From assembly GCF_021869535.1 (NCBI RefSeq), contig NW_026262674.1:1364001-1428000 (forward strand): 64,000 nucleotides of DNA, given 5' to 3'. Positions 52,646-64,000 of the stretch are shown here, in pieces (position 1 is the first letter of the stretch; every line of letters starts with the position of its first letter). The DNA is from Mytilus californianus (lineage: Eukaryota). The position numbers and the translations under genes are program-made. The notes beneath the pieces were generated by a model that saw only the letters and a program-made list of their open reading frames with translations, ran no database searches and was not told the DNA's origin.

Positions 52646-53775
52646 TTATTAGGTCTTTCCACCTTTCCGTGGAAAGACCTATTGGTTTTCTTCTGATTAT
52701 TTTTTTTTTCTTCCGCCTAATTTTTTTCTTGCGGTGTATTTTTGTTTCAAAAGATGTCGCTTAGTTTTTTGGTATATGATATCATACAATCTATACGCTT
52801 TTGAAACTGACCCTGTTTAACCGAACACTTTTCTTTGTTAGAGTTATCTCCCCAAACACCGTTTTTCTTGTTATGAGATCTCCTCCGCAACCGTAAAAGA
52901 AAGCGACAAATTTATTTTTCCAAATTGCTCGTTATATCCTCAGGATGTTAGGTTTTATTTAGACCGAAGCTTTACGAAGACTCCATATGAGAGTTATTTC
53001 CCCTTCTGTATTGATATAAGTGAAATTTATTTGTAACTGGAAAACCATAAGTCATAGAGGCCTAGGGTCTTTTGATTTGAGGTCCTTGGTCCATAAAAAT
53101 GAAAATGAGGTCAAGGTCAAAGGTCAAGGTCATGTTAAAAATTTTGATTTTGGCTTGTTATCACTAATTTTCAGAAATCTTATAAGATATCGACAAATTT
53201 TTTTACAGAATTGTTAGTTGCGACATGATATTCAAAATTACACGTATGGTGATATAACTCATTCATCATATATAGTTGACACCTAGGGTATTTTGATTTG
53301 AAGCCCTTGTTTCATGACCTTGAAATTGGGGTCAAGGTCAAAGGTTGATTCGACGTTCTATATTTTGACCTTTGCTTTTACCTCATATATGTACATGATA
53401 ATGCCATGGGACTTTTTGCATTAGGTTGCAAGCCATTTGACCTTGAAAAAGCCAACCGGAAGTGACCTTTTGTAAACCGGAAGTAGCTATTTATTGTACT
53501 AAATTAGTGTAAAAGTATATAGAACTATTTTTGGAATCAGTGTCAAGTAAACTATCAAACAATACCGGAAGTGACATTTTTTAAACCGGAAGTCAAAAAT
53601 TATCTCCCTTATTTATCTTTTTTTATAGAAACCATATATTTTTGGAATAAGCGTACATTAAGCTGTCATTTGACGCTTGAATTGACATTAAAAACCTAAT
53701 TTTAATATTTTTCATATCAAAATAGATCCTTACTGGTGGAAAGACCTTCAATTGTTCTCAGAACAATTGGTTTTT
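52646..53775 (+). mobile_element. Complete Helentron-associated (HINE/DINE-1-like) element
   Basis: 5' subTIR aggtctttccac with adjacent inverted copy; 3' subTIR gtggaaagacct at 53736-53747; stem-loop caattgttct-c-agaacaattg; T-rich flanks. Confidence 0.75.
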
Positions 53776-55949
53776 AATTTTTCTTGATCTCATTTTCATG
53801 GTTTTAGTGACAGCTAAAACACACTGCATAGCTTTTTTTCGTCATGTGAATGTCTCGGTTGTGACTTTGAATGTCTCTTTATATCCTTCGCATTTCTTTT
53901 ATCATCAGTTCTAGGATAATTATATTTGGTCTACATATCGGTCATACATGGTTAACCTGACCTCGACCTCATTTCATGGATCAGTATACAAGGTTAAGTT
54001 TCATTGGTCAAGTTCTTATCTCAAATATCATAAGAAGTGGGTCAAATCTATGAGAAAAATCCATACCGCATGGTCGGATATAAAAAACCCGGATATAAAA
54101 AAATTGAAACAATTTATTTGAGAAAACTAACGGCTTAATATATAACAAAAAATTTTGCCAAAAAAAAGCTGGACAGAAAATCACTCAAATACCGGTTCGA
54201 TTCTGACTTGGAGCAGCTAAGCATTTACAGAATGTATTGATTGATTGATTGTTGATATAGCTGATAGCTTTACGCAGTTTCGGCACAAAAAATGCCATTT
54301 CGCTGCTAAATGTATATAATCCTGTTCTCTAAGAATTCCGACATAAATTAGTCAGTTAGTACAACATGCTGTACCAGTATAATCCTATTTTTTCTGTGAT
54401 GATGTTTGATCATGATTTTCTCAGACCTTCAACTGATGACTCCCTTTTATAAGCTTGCATTAAGGGAACGATATTTTGATTCGAAAGGAGGGAGGGGGAT
54501 TTTGAAAATCAATAACTTGGCCTGATATGAACTGCAAATCACACATTGCGCAAGACCGGATGAAAATGATACTCTGCAACATGAAATGCAGCATATTTAA
54601 AATATTTTTTGCGCAGCTAAGCCGCCGAAAAAAATAAGAATGCACAGCAACAAACGGAAAAAAATAAATGGACAGTCTGGGAAAATTTGGAAAAATTGTC
54701 CTGCTTCCAGCTTGGAATATACTGGCTTCATGACGATTGGTTTGCTCGACCAAACCTTTGCCAATGCCGCTTTAAAATTGTTGCAATTAAAATTATTGCA
54801 ATTGTTTCTGCTGGTGTTTAATTAATAGCAGGAACGGTGATACATTTTTGTTGTCCATCACACCGAGGGTGTTTAGGTTGAAAGCAACATGCATAAATCA
54901 TATTACATAGACTTGGTGTGCCATATTCCGGGTGTGATACGAAATCGACCGATTCGATTCTTATACTACAGTTATAACAAAAATATCTATTCAATAAAAA
55001 GGTTTTGAAAAACAGACAAAAAACATATTCTCCCGAAGAAAATAGAAGTTAAACAAAGTCAGCCAAACAAATAAATCAACCACACACCAATAAAAAATGA
55101 GAAATGTAATAGGTGACCACTGTCCTTGTTAATGACGTCCTATTATAAATAATGAAGGCAAACGAAATATGAATCAGATTATGATACGGGATAATCCGTG
55201 TTTAATCAATGCCAAAATGTTGACTTAATTTGTGTTATTAATTTCTTATGTTCTTCAAAACTACGTTTAGTTCACACATGAAATTTGGCACACACATGCA
55301 CCGTGTCTTATTGCTTTAATCAGAGTTAAAAGGATCGTGATGATACACACGATACACGTGCTCATTTTGTTTTAGATGAAAATGGGGTAAAATAAGGGTA
55401 AAATTTAGTCTTACTGAAATAGTTATAGCAAAATCACTTATTTATAGATACTTTCCGCTGTTGTTTATGATATATTTAATGTATAAACTATATTATAAGT
55501 ACTACATTTGTATTCTCACCACCAACAAAGAGCGTAATAATTTTATGTTTCATGTTTAAGATATCAACCTTATCCCGTACAATACGGTGTCTAGGGATAC
55601 CCTGTAAAACACGACATTTAGAAAATCGTGCCAATGGGTACTTACGACGACTTCATGATTTTAATATATAATGATTTTCCTATAATTTGCAAAAAAAAAA
55701 ATTAAAAAAAAATAGCCGTACGTGTGTTATCCGTAAACTGGAGGACTTTTTGGACAATTAATGGACACCCTACTAATATACGCTACACAATGAAAACTGC
55801 ATATTGACAATAATAGCAATGTTTTTTACCTATGTGTTTAACATTTCTTTTTATCAGATAGTATTTATTGAATATGAATAGAGTAGTCAACATATAAAGT
55901 ATAATTGAGAATTTTGTCCCCCTTTTTATGCCCCATCGTAGCCGAGGGG

Positions 55950-56735
55950 ACATTCTGACAATCAGAACTAACACAGACATGAGAACAACCAGAACTAACA
56001 GAGACACGAGAACAATCAGAACTAACACAGGCATGAGAACAACCAGAACTAACAGAGAAACGAGAACAATCAGAACTAACACAGGCATGAGAACAATTAG
56101 AACTAACAGAGACACGAGAACAATCAGAACTAACACAGGCATGAGAACAACCAGAACTAACAGAGACACGAGAACAATCAGAACTAACACAGGCATGAGA
56201 ACAACCAGAACTAACAGAGACACGAGAACAATCAGAACTAACACAGGCATGAGAACAACCAGAACTAACAGAGACACGAGAACATACAGAACTAACAGAG
56301 ACACGAGAACAATCAAAACTAACAGAGACACGAGAACAATCAGAACTAACACAGACATGAGAACAATCAGAACTAACAGAGACACGAGAACAAACAAAAC
56401 TTACACAGACATGAAAACAATCAGAAAAAACACAGACAAGAGAACAATCAGAACTAACAGAGACACGAGAACAATCAGAACTAACAGAGACACGAGAACA
56501 GTCAGAACTTACACAGACACGAGAACAATCAGAACTAACAGAGACACGAGAACAATCAGAACTAACATAGACACGAGAACAGTCAGAACTTACACAGACA
56601 TAAGAACAATCAGAACTAACAGAGACACGAGAACAATCAGAACTTACACAGACATGAGAACAATCAGAACTAATAGAGACACGAGAACAATCAGAACTAA
56701 GAGACACGAGAACAGTCAGAACTTAAAGACTTGAA
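55950..56735 (+). repeat. 27-bp minisatellite, about 29 copies
   Basis: Unit gacacgagaacaatcagaactaacaga, alternating with ggcatgagaacaacc variants; explains ORFs 55783, 55865 and 55928. Confidence 0.95.
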
Positions 56736-57089
56736 AGCACATATTGATGGGAGGTCCGAATGAAGCCAGTTTAAGCAACTTTAGGTCACCGTATGGCCCA
56801 ACAATGACCAAAACCCATTAACCATATCATATAATGCGACATAAAAGACCCGGACACGATCTTTACCATAGAACATGGGATTGTTAACTGAAACCAAAGG
56901 TTTTGACCTTGACCTACGACCTAGGAATTTGTACTAACATCATGACACACCCTCTGGTGTTGGTTAATATACATGTCAAGTATAAAGTATGAAATTATAA
57001 CGGTTCTCTAGATATAGAGCGGACACAGTTTGTAACGGACGGACAGACTGATCACTATAGGGCGATCGCCACTCGGCGGGGCCCTAATT

Positions 57090-58330
57090 GATACGGTATA
57101 AGTGTTCTATGTTTTACTGACAGCTAGAACTCAAAGCGTGAACACATACTTATGATAAACCTAATTAATGTGGTGTAAGTGTTCAATGTTTTACTGGCGA
57201 CTAGTCTAAGAACTTACAGAGATCTGTGAACACATTCTGGTGATAAACCTAATTAAGTGCTCCTTGTTTTACTAACAGCTCGAACTCACAGAGAGAACTG
57301 TTAACACTTACTGGTTATAAACCTAATTAATGTGATGTAAGTGCTCCATGTTTTACTGACAGCTAAATCTTACAGAGAGACATGTGGACACATGCTTGTA
57401 ACAACCTAATTAATGTGGTGTAAGTGTTAATGTTTTACTGACAGCTAGAACTTACAGAGACCCCGACCCTCAAAATATAAAACAACGCAAACACCGACAT
57501 CTAGAATGTGTCTTTGTTAAACTCTGAACGTTCAGTTCTCGAATGAATAAACTAAACAATCATACACATGAGAACACACACTTGAGATAAACTGCATAAC
57601 TGTGAGGTGTGTGGGAAATGATTAAGTCGGCATGATGGTTTACAGAGACACACGAGAACACATACATGTAATTAACCTCATGACCGTGATGTATGGTGTA
57701 AAAGGTTTTGCCAGCATGGTAATTTACATAGACTCATGTGAACACATACTGGTGATAAACCTCTTGACCGTGATGTGTGGTGTTTAGTGAGCTTGGTAAT
57801 TCACATGGACAAATGAGAATACATACACATGAGAAGCTGTATGACTGTGATGTATGTTGTAAAGGATTTAGTCAGCTTGGTAATTTACAGAGACAAATGA
57901 GGATACATATAGGTGATAAGCTGCATAACTGTGATGTATGTTGTAAAGGGTTTAGTGAACATGGGAAAATTTACAGAGACACATGAGAACACATACCGGT
58001 GATACACATTATAAATTTTATTTATTTTATTGAAGATTCAGTAAGAGTAATAATCAACATAGATCGATGCGAACACATACTGGTCATAAATTATCATTAA
58101 TCTTTTTATGTGCTAAATAATTTTATTGGAAGAAGCGACTTACAGAGAACACAATGACATACTTGTGATAAACATAAAAATATGACGCAATGTATTATTT
58201 ATTTGCTTTTTCGAAATGCCTTGAATATACTCTTTAAAACTCATACAGGATTTCATCATAAAACCTTATAAATCTAATTTAGTGACCAGGGTCCAAAATT
58301 AATGAAACTTAACAGACATTGGAGAACATG
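57090..58330 (+). pseudogene. ~78-bp repeats followed by a decayed C2H2 array
   Basis: CDVCCKGFSQLGNLQRQMRIH-type broken fingers; colinear with 5270-7260. Confidence 0.75.
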
Positions 58331-58344
58331 TTGCGGTGATAAAA

Positions 58345-58550
58345 TCTCATACATGTGATAGTATATAAGCTAAAACCTCATACATGTGAAGTATGTGCAA
58401 AAACCTCATACATGTGAAGTATGTGCAAAAACCTCATACATGTGAAGTATGGGCTAAAACCTTATACATGTGAAGTATGGGCTAAAACCTCATACATGTG
58501 AAGTATGGGCTAAACATATTACACTGATAAAACCTCATACATATGTAGCA
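58345..58550 (+). repeat. 28-bp ZF-derived minisatellite
   Basis: aaaacctcatacatgtgaagtatg(t/g)gc units. Confidence 0.85.
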
Positions 58551-59734
58551 TGGGCTTAACAATATTTAAAATATTGACTTATACAGACAGATAGTCATAA
58601 GAACACATACTGGATATGTTCCTTATAAATGTAATTTTTTTTTAGAATCGTACCTTTCAGGAACATAGTACTCCTGCGACTTTAACCTTTTAATGTGATA
58701 CATGTATTTGGTAAACGTTTTAGTCATATTGGCAATTTACTAATTATTTTCTTTTACGTAGACCCCATCCAGATCCTTAATATATAACTATATATGATAT
58801 GCCTAAGACCAGTTTTATTTTAATTTGTTGGTTTACGGATATCTTATATAAAAGATTCTGGTTGGTCGGCTTGAATGGGGATTTTGATACTTATATAACA
58901 TGTATATTACAACTAAGGTCGGAAAAGATATATATAATTATTTTTTTTACAAATTACTAGACATAATGTTATAGTATGTACAGAACTGAACTGTACTGTA
59001 TGACAGACTACCAACTCGCCCCATTTATGAACAAAAGAATAAAATTTTGAAGCATTAAACAAGGACTACCAACTCGCCCAACTTAAGAAAAGGAGTTTAT
59101 TCTCGATGAATAAAGGTCTGCCAACTCGCTCCACCAAGAATAAACCATATTACTGAAGGACTACTAACTTTCCCTACTTATGAAAATGAGGTTAATCCCG
59201 TCAAATAAAGGTCTGCCAAGTCGCCCCATTTATGAAAAAAGAGTTTAATTGAACCAGAGACATAAGTCTCTGATTGAACTGTTGAATAAAGGTCTGCCAA
59301 CTCGCCCCAATTATGAAAAATCGAATAAAACTTACTGCATTACAGACTACCAACTCGCCCCACTTATGAAGAGGAGTTTAATCACATTAAATAAAGTTCT
59401 GCCAACTCGCCCCACTATTGAAAAATATTAAACCGTATAAATTAAGGCCTATATAACTCACCCGACTTATAAAAAGGAGTTTAATCCCGACAAATTAAGG
59501 TCTACCAACTCTCTTTCTTACGAGAACCAATTCGCCCCACTTATGAAAAGGAGAATATAAAATCTTAGTGCATTTAGGTCTGTCAACTCGTCCAACTTAT
59601 AGAAAGGTGTAAAAGAATAAAATCTTGAAGCATCTTAAGGACTACCAACTCACCACACGTATAACAAGGAGTTCGTCAAATAAAGGTCTGCCAACTCGCC
59701 CTTTATATGAAAAGGAGTTAAATCGTACCGGTAT

Positions 59735-60202
59735 CAGCGAAGGATCCAGGATTTATGAAAGTGGGGGCGAAGTATGAAATCTTTTGCCGAGCGTAGCGAG
59801 GCGCAAAAAATTTTGACCTTTTTTTGGCTAAAAAACATAAAATAAGTGTAAAATGCACTCATTCAACGGCTCCTGATGTGGGGCATGTATATTCTTACAG
59901 TTAAAGTGTAAGGGTTAGACATTTTTTATGACATATTCTCCCCATTAAATGTCTATCATAAAATGATTGGATGGATCCAAAGCTATGTACCAATATATTT
60001 GATGTGGGATTTGTCAGTAAAAAATGGACACGGAAAAATTATCGTTTGTTGTATGGTTACTTAGAATAACCTCACAGATTTCTTGTTGTAAACAAGATAT
60101 ACGGACATTCAATGAAATTTACAATACGAACGACACGAAGAAAGACAAAAAAGCAATTTGTATCCAAAACGCCCTCTACGCCCCCCTCTGGATCCGCCAC
60201 TA
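59735..60202. mobile_element. MITE with ggatccag / ctggatcc termini
   Basis: cagcgaaggatccagg ... ctggatccgccacta; truncates the ccaactcgccc array. Confidence 0.55.
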
Positions 60203-60349
60203 ACAGATAGCTTTCTATTACCAGTTTTATGGCATTGCAACACTACTGCATGGGCATCCAATTAAAATTTAAATATTTATTTTATTACATAAGCGTTATC
60301 ATCCGTATCAATAAATTGTTAATCAAAATTTGAAGTGAGTATATATATA

Positions 60350-61261
60350 CCGGATATGGTGTACATAAACCTTTGCACCTTTTGTTTGCGGTATATCATC
60401 TTTTCCGCAAGTTTATTGTTTTCTGTTTAGTATTAAAAATTTAATAAAGATCCATTGATTACATCTGTGATCCGTTTATTTGGCAATCGCCAATGGCAGT
60501 CAGCAGGGTTTAAGAACATTTGTTGTTCGACCTGTTAGTCAAATGCGTTTTGTTAAAATATACTTTTTCACTTTTTTTGGTCTTTTGGAAAATGTTGTTT
60601 GTGCTGTATTTAGACCCCTCTAACAAGAAATTTGTTTTGCATGCACACGTATAAAAATTGCGGTTTTTATCCAACGCAATCATAGGTTTGAACGTTGTTT
60701 TCAATTTAGACTTGTTTATATTTTTTCGTTTGGGCTTGTATTATATTTGCCTTCGGGTTTATATGATCCGTTCATCCTTTTTTGACTCCTCAAAATTCAA
60801 GAGTCTATCCTAAATTGAGGTAAATTGTATGGCTTTCCAAATACCGTTTCGATTCCTAACATCACTGAAGAGACATTAATTGTCGAAATCCGGATATGGT
60901 GTACATAAACCTTTGCACCTTTTGTTTGCGGTATATCATCTTTTCCGCAAGTTTATTGTTTTCTGTTTAGTATTAAAAATTTAATAAAGATCCATTGATT
61001 ACATCTGTGATCCGTTTATTTGGCAATCGCCAATGGCAGTCAGCAGGGTTTAAGAACATTTGTTGTTCGACCTGTTAGTCAAATGCGTTTTGTTAAAATA
61101 TACTTTTTCACTTTTTTTGGTCTTTTGGAAAATGTTGTTTGTGCTGTATTTAGACCCCTCTAACAAGAAATTTGTTTTGCATGCACACGTATAAAAATTG
61201 CGGTTTTTATTCAACGCAATCATAGGTTTGAACGTTGTTTTCAATTTAGACTTGTTTATAT
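60350..61261 (+). mobile_element. Partial tandem (about 1.7x) of a 540-bp monomer in a (TA)n site; retrozyme or Penelope pseudo-LTR-like
   Basis: 60350-60721 and 60890-61261 differ at one base; hammerhead motif at the junction; (ta)n on both flanks. Confidence 0.75.
60859..60902 (+). ncRNA. Minimal type I hammerhead ribozyme
   Basis: Stem I acatca/tggtgt, core CUGAAGA, stem II gaca-ttaat-tgtc, GAAA, palindromic stem III tccgga, AUA cleavage triplet (cut after 60896). Confidence 0.85.
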
Positions 61262-61849
61262 ATATATATATATCAATAACGTCTAGGATAAGTGTGGGAT
61301 TTGTCTGTTGATGTGAATACACAAAATTTAGCTAAATTTGTATTATCTAAATTAATGAAAAGGACAGCTAGTGTGTGTTTAAAATGATATTGTTGGAATG
61401 GATTTACAGCATGAAAATTGTTTGTGACAGAGATTTTCCGTTGACTTGGACTGCGAATTGGAAAATAATATATTTGTCAATTCACATTCTACAAGATGGC
61501 ATATTTTGTAAGTACTTTAACCTTTTATTCTAATTATGGTATCTTTGAGATGACCTGTTACTTACAACTGTCACGTGTACATGTTCAAGGCTCGTGCCGC
61601 TGAAATAGGTCACCTTTCAAGTTTGAAAATATGTGAATAGATCGGGAAAACTATCAGAAATATATATGATAAAATCAGTAAAGTTCCCACAACTTCTTTG
61701 GTAAACTTTCTTGCTGTTCCCGGGTGTGTTTTAATCGAAAAATATTCTCTCTTTTGACACTATGGCATTCCACCCTTACATTGCACACCACATAAAACCT
61801 AAACAATCCAAGTGCACTTGTAAATTAACTGATGAAAAATTGAATTGCG

Positions 61850-62460
61850 TATAAGAATAAGAATAAGAATATTTTATTTCCAATTAAAGGGCCCTGTAAA
61901 GAGCTTTCATCACATTACATACAAGTACATAAGATTAGACATAAATTAGAGACATATAAGAAAACAACACCGTTTAATACTATTAAAAATGCTATAAAAG
62001 GCCAGGACAGAACCAGATAATACAATTCACATCTTTGATATATACCATTCAAAAATCATATACCACTCAAAATATGTGTATTTGTGGCTAATTTGCATTT
62101 ATTATCTTTGAACTTCTCCTTCTCTCAAGATTTTTAGATAAATACTTTCCCAAACATTTATACATATTTAAATTTTCTTGTGTAAATAGCCATGAAGACT
62201 TTGAAAAATTGTCTAAAGATTGAAAATTATTACAAGTTAGAGAAATTTCAGTAAAAAACTCATTTCTGTTATCAACATATAGTGGACATTCAGTCACAAA
62301 GTGTATCTCATCTTCAACTTTATTTAATGTACAGTATAAACATTTTCTAGACTTGTTAACATTTTCTAAGTATATATAGTATAGATTTGATTTGGCAATC
62401 TTCGTTTAGAGACCTTTGTGATTTATGCAATTTCATTTATGGATTACTGGCATAAAGAAT
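61850..62460 (-). pseudogene. CR1/L2-type LINE 3' end
   Basis: Minus strand reads CTLNKVEDEIHFVTECPLY; (attctt)n tail at about 61853-61870. Confidence 0.65.
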
Positions 62461-64000
62461 TACATGCACTTTATATATAAATGACATATTTTCTACATTA
62501 AAATAAAATTGAGAATGGAAATTAAAAGCCTATTTCAAAAAACATAATAAGGATTTTTATTTGTAACTTTAAAAATCCTCGAAAAAAACTTTGTAATTGA
62601 AAGTTTCTTTAATATATTCTACACGTATACGGAAGTGTGTTCATACCAATTTTGTTCGCTTAATACCGAACCCGCGTAACCTTAAAAATTAAGACATTAC
62701 ACGATCAAAACATTAAAATTTTGTTTATTACAGATATTTTATAATATCCACGGTTGAATGCACAATGTCCCTATCCAAGAGAACCGTCTACTATTAGAGA
62801 AGGGACGACAGCCTAGATGCCGTGTGCAAAAATAATAATCACTTGGTACGATTTCAGCTAGCGTTTTGCAATTTTAAATAGTATAGATCGATTTGTACGT
62901 GTTTTAAAATCAAATAAACTCTACTGCATTCCTGGAAAATATAGCAAGTTTCACATAGAAAACCTTCATTGATGATCGAAAATCACTTTGATATATATAT
63001 ATAATAATGTATTTGTTACTTCTTTTTGGTAAATTGTATCTTGTGAAGATCATATTCCGTAATGACCGGAATTCTATTCGATGTCTATAAAAATACCAGG
63101 CAAAAGTTTTTGTTAATATTTCGTTAGATCGCCAGTAGAAATCATTGGAATTTATAACAATTAAAGAATATTGTTCATACACACAAAAGGCATTATTATG
63201 TCTGCATCCGTTGCTGCATACTTACGACGCTAAAAACGACGATTTTCAAGTAAAATGTCCAAATATATTAGTCAAATACGTGACCCTAGGCCATACAAAC
63301 TTCTTTTTTTTGTGTATTTTGATTAAATTCAAGATAACAAAAACACCTGAACAAGCGATGTAATAAAAAAGCTTATTTAAAAATGAGTGTTATTTGAGTA
63401 TTGGTCGACTTCGTTCTCTAGTTCTCGTTTGTGTTTTTTTTTTGTACTAACAGATAAATGAAGAATGAGTACAATATATCTGATTATGTAACAAATACAG
63501 TTTGGTACGAAATAAAAGCTTAAAACCAATCAAACTATTCTAGTAATCTCTCCTTGCCGTATGAAATAAGCCCTTGGGGAAAGCAGTTAAATATCGGGAT
63601 AAGTATGACAAGTACGTGTATTCCCGACAAATAATGACAATTACCAAATTCGTTTATTACGTGTACATGAATGTAAATTGTATAACCATTACATCTGTTT
63701 ATAAATGTATAATTTCCTTTCGTATTTATTGACACGTGCATTGTGAGGTTAATTTAATTTGAATAATTAATTAATAAATAAAGTTTGACGAATACATGAC
63801 AAATAATTGCACATAAAGTATTTTTTGGTAATATTAATATTTAGGCTCTTTCTGTCAGTAAACGAGTCTGGCTAAACAAAAGACAGATAATACAAAACTG
63901 CCTGTATGACATTATTAGTAATAACACGGGCTCCGCTTGTAAAAACTGTGTGATAGTCGTTTTAGTTCGTAACATAAGTCCAAGTTGGTAGTCAGGGACT

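Noticed and set aside
53885-53912. Minus-strand ctgatga..gaaa as a second hammerhead
   Set aside because: The intervening taaaa cannot form stem II, and no stems I or III are present.
55783-56734. Three long low-complexity ORFs as genes
   Set aside because: Fully explained by a 27-bp unit lacking stops; no unique coding flanks.
60510-61322. Duplicated 64-aa and 90-aa minus-strand ORFs
   Set aside because: No recognisable domain; a by-product of the 540-bp repeat.

Overview
AT-rich eukaryotic (metazoan) DNA. The repeat families look like those of mussels (Mytilus-type bivalve), which is my recollection and is not verified. The window is a tandem cluster of lineage-specific C2H2 zinc-finger genes: three large + strand ZF exons at about 13.0, 24.3 and 44.8 kb share an acceptor, intron phase and N-terminal motif. 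There are also dead ZF copies near 5.6-7.3 and 57.5-58.3 kb and a cryptic ATG-less array of 9 near-identical fingers at 14.9-15.8 kb. Most minisatellites (27, 28, 36-40, 48, 52, ~78 and 84 bp units) are amplified pieces of the ZF coding unit. A young, frameshifted BEL/Pao LTR retrotransposon (29172-36894) has TA...TA LTR termini and a 5-bp TSD, and its left junction is tandemly triplicated. The rest is nested MITEs, Helentron-like non-autonomous elements and LINE remnants. Near 60.4-61.3 kb is a 540-bp-period partial tandem repeat with a type I hammerhead ribozyme at the junction (retrozyme or Penelope-like). Everything was read by eye; boundaries of old repeats are approximate.
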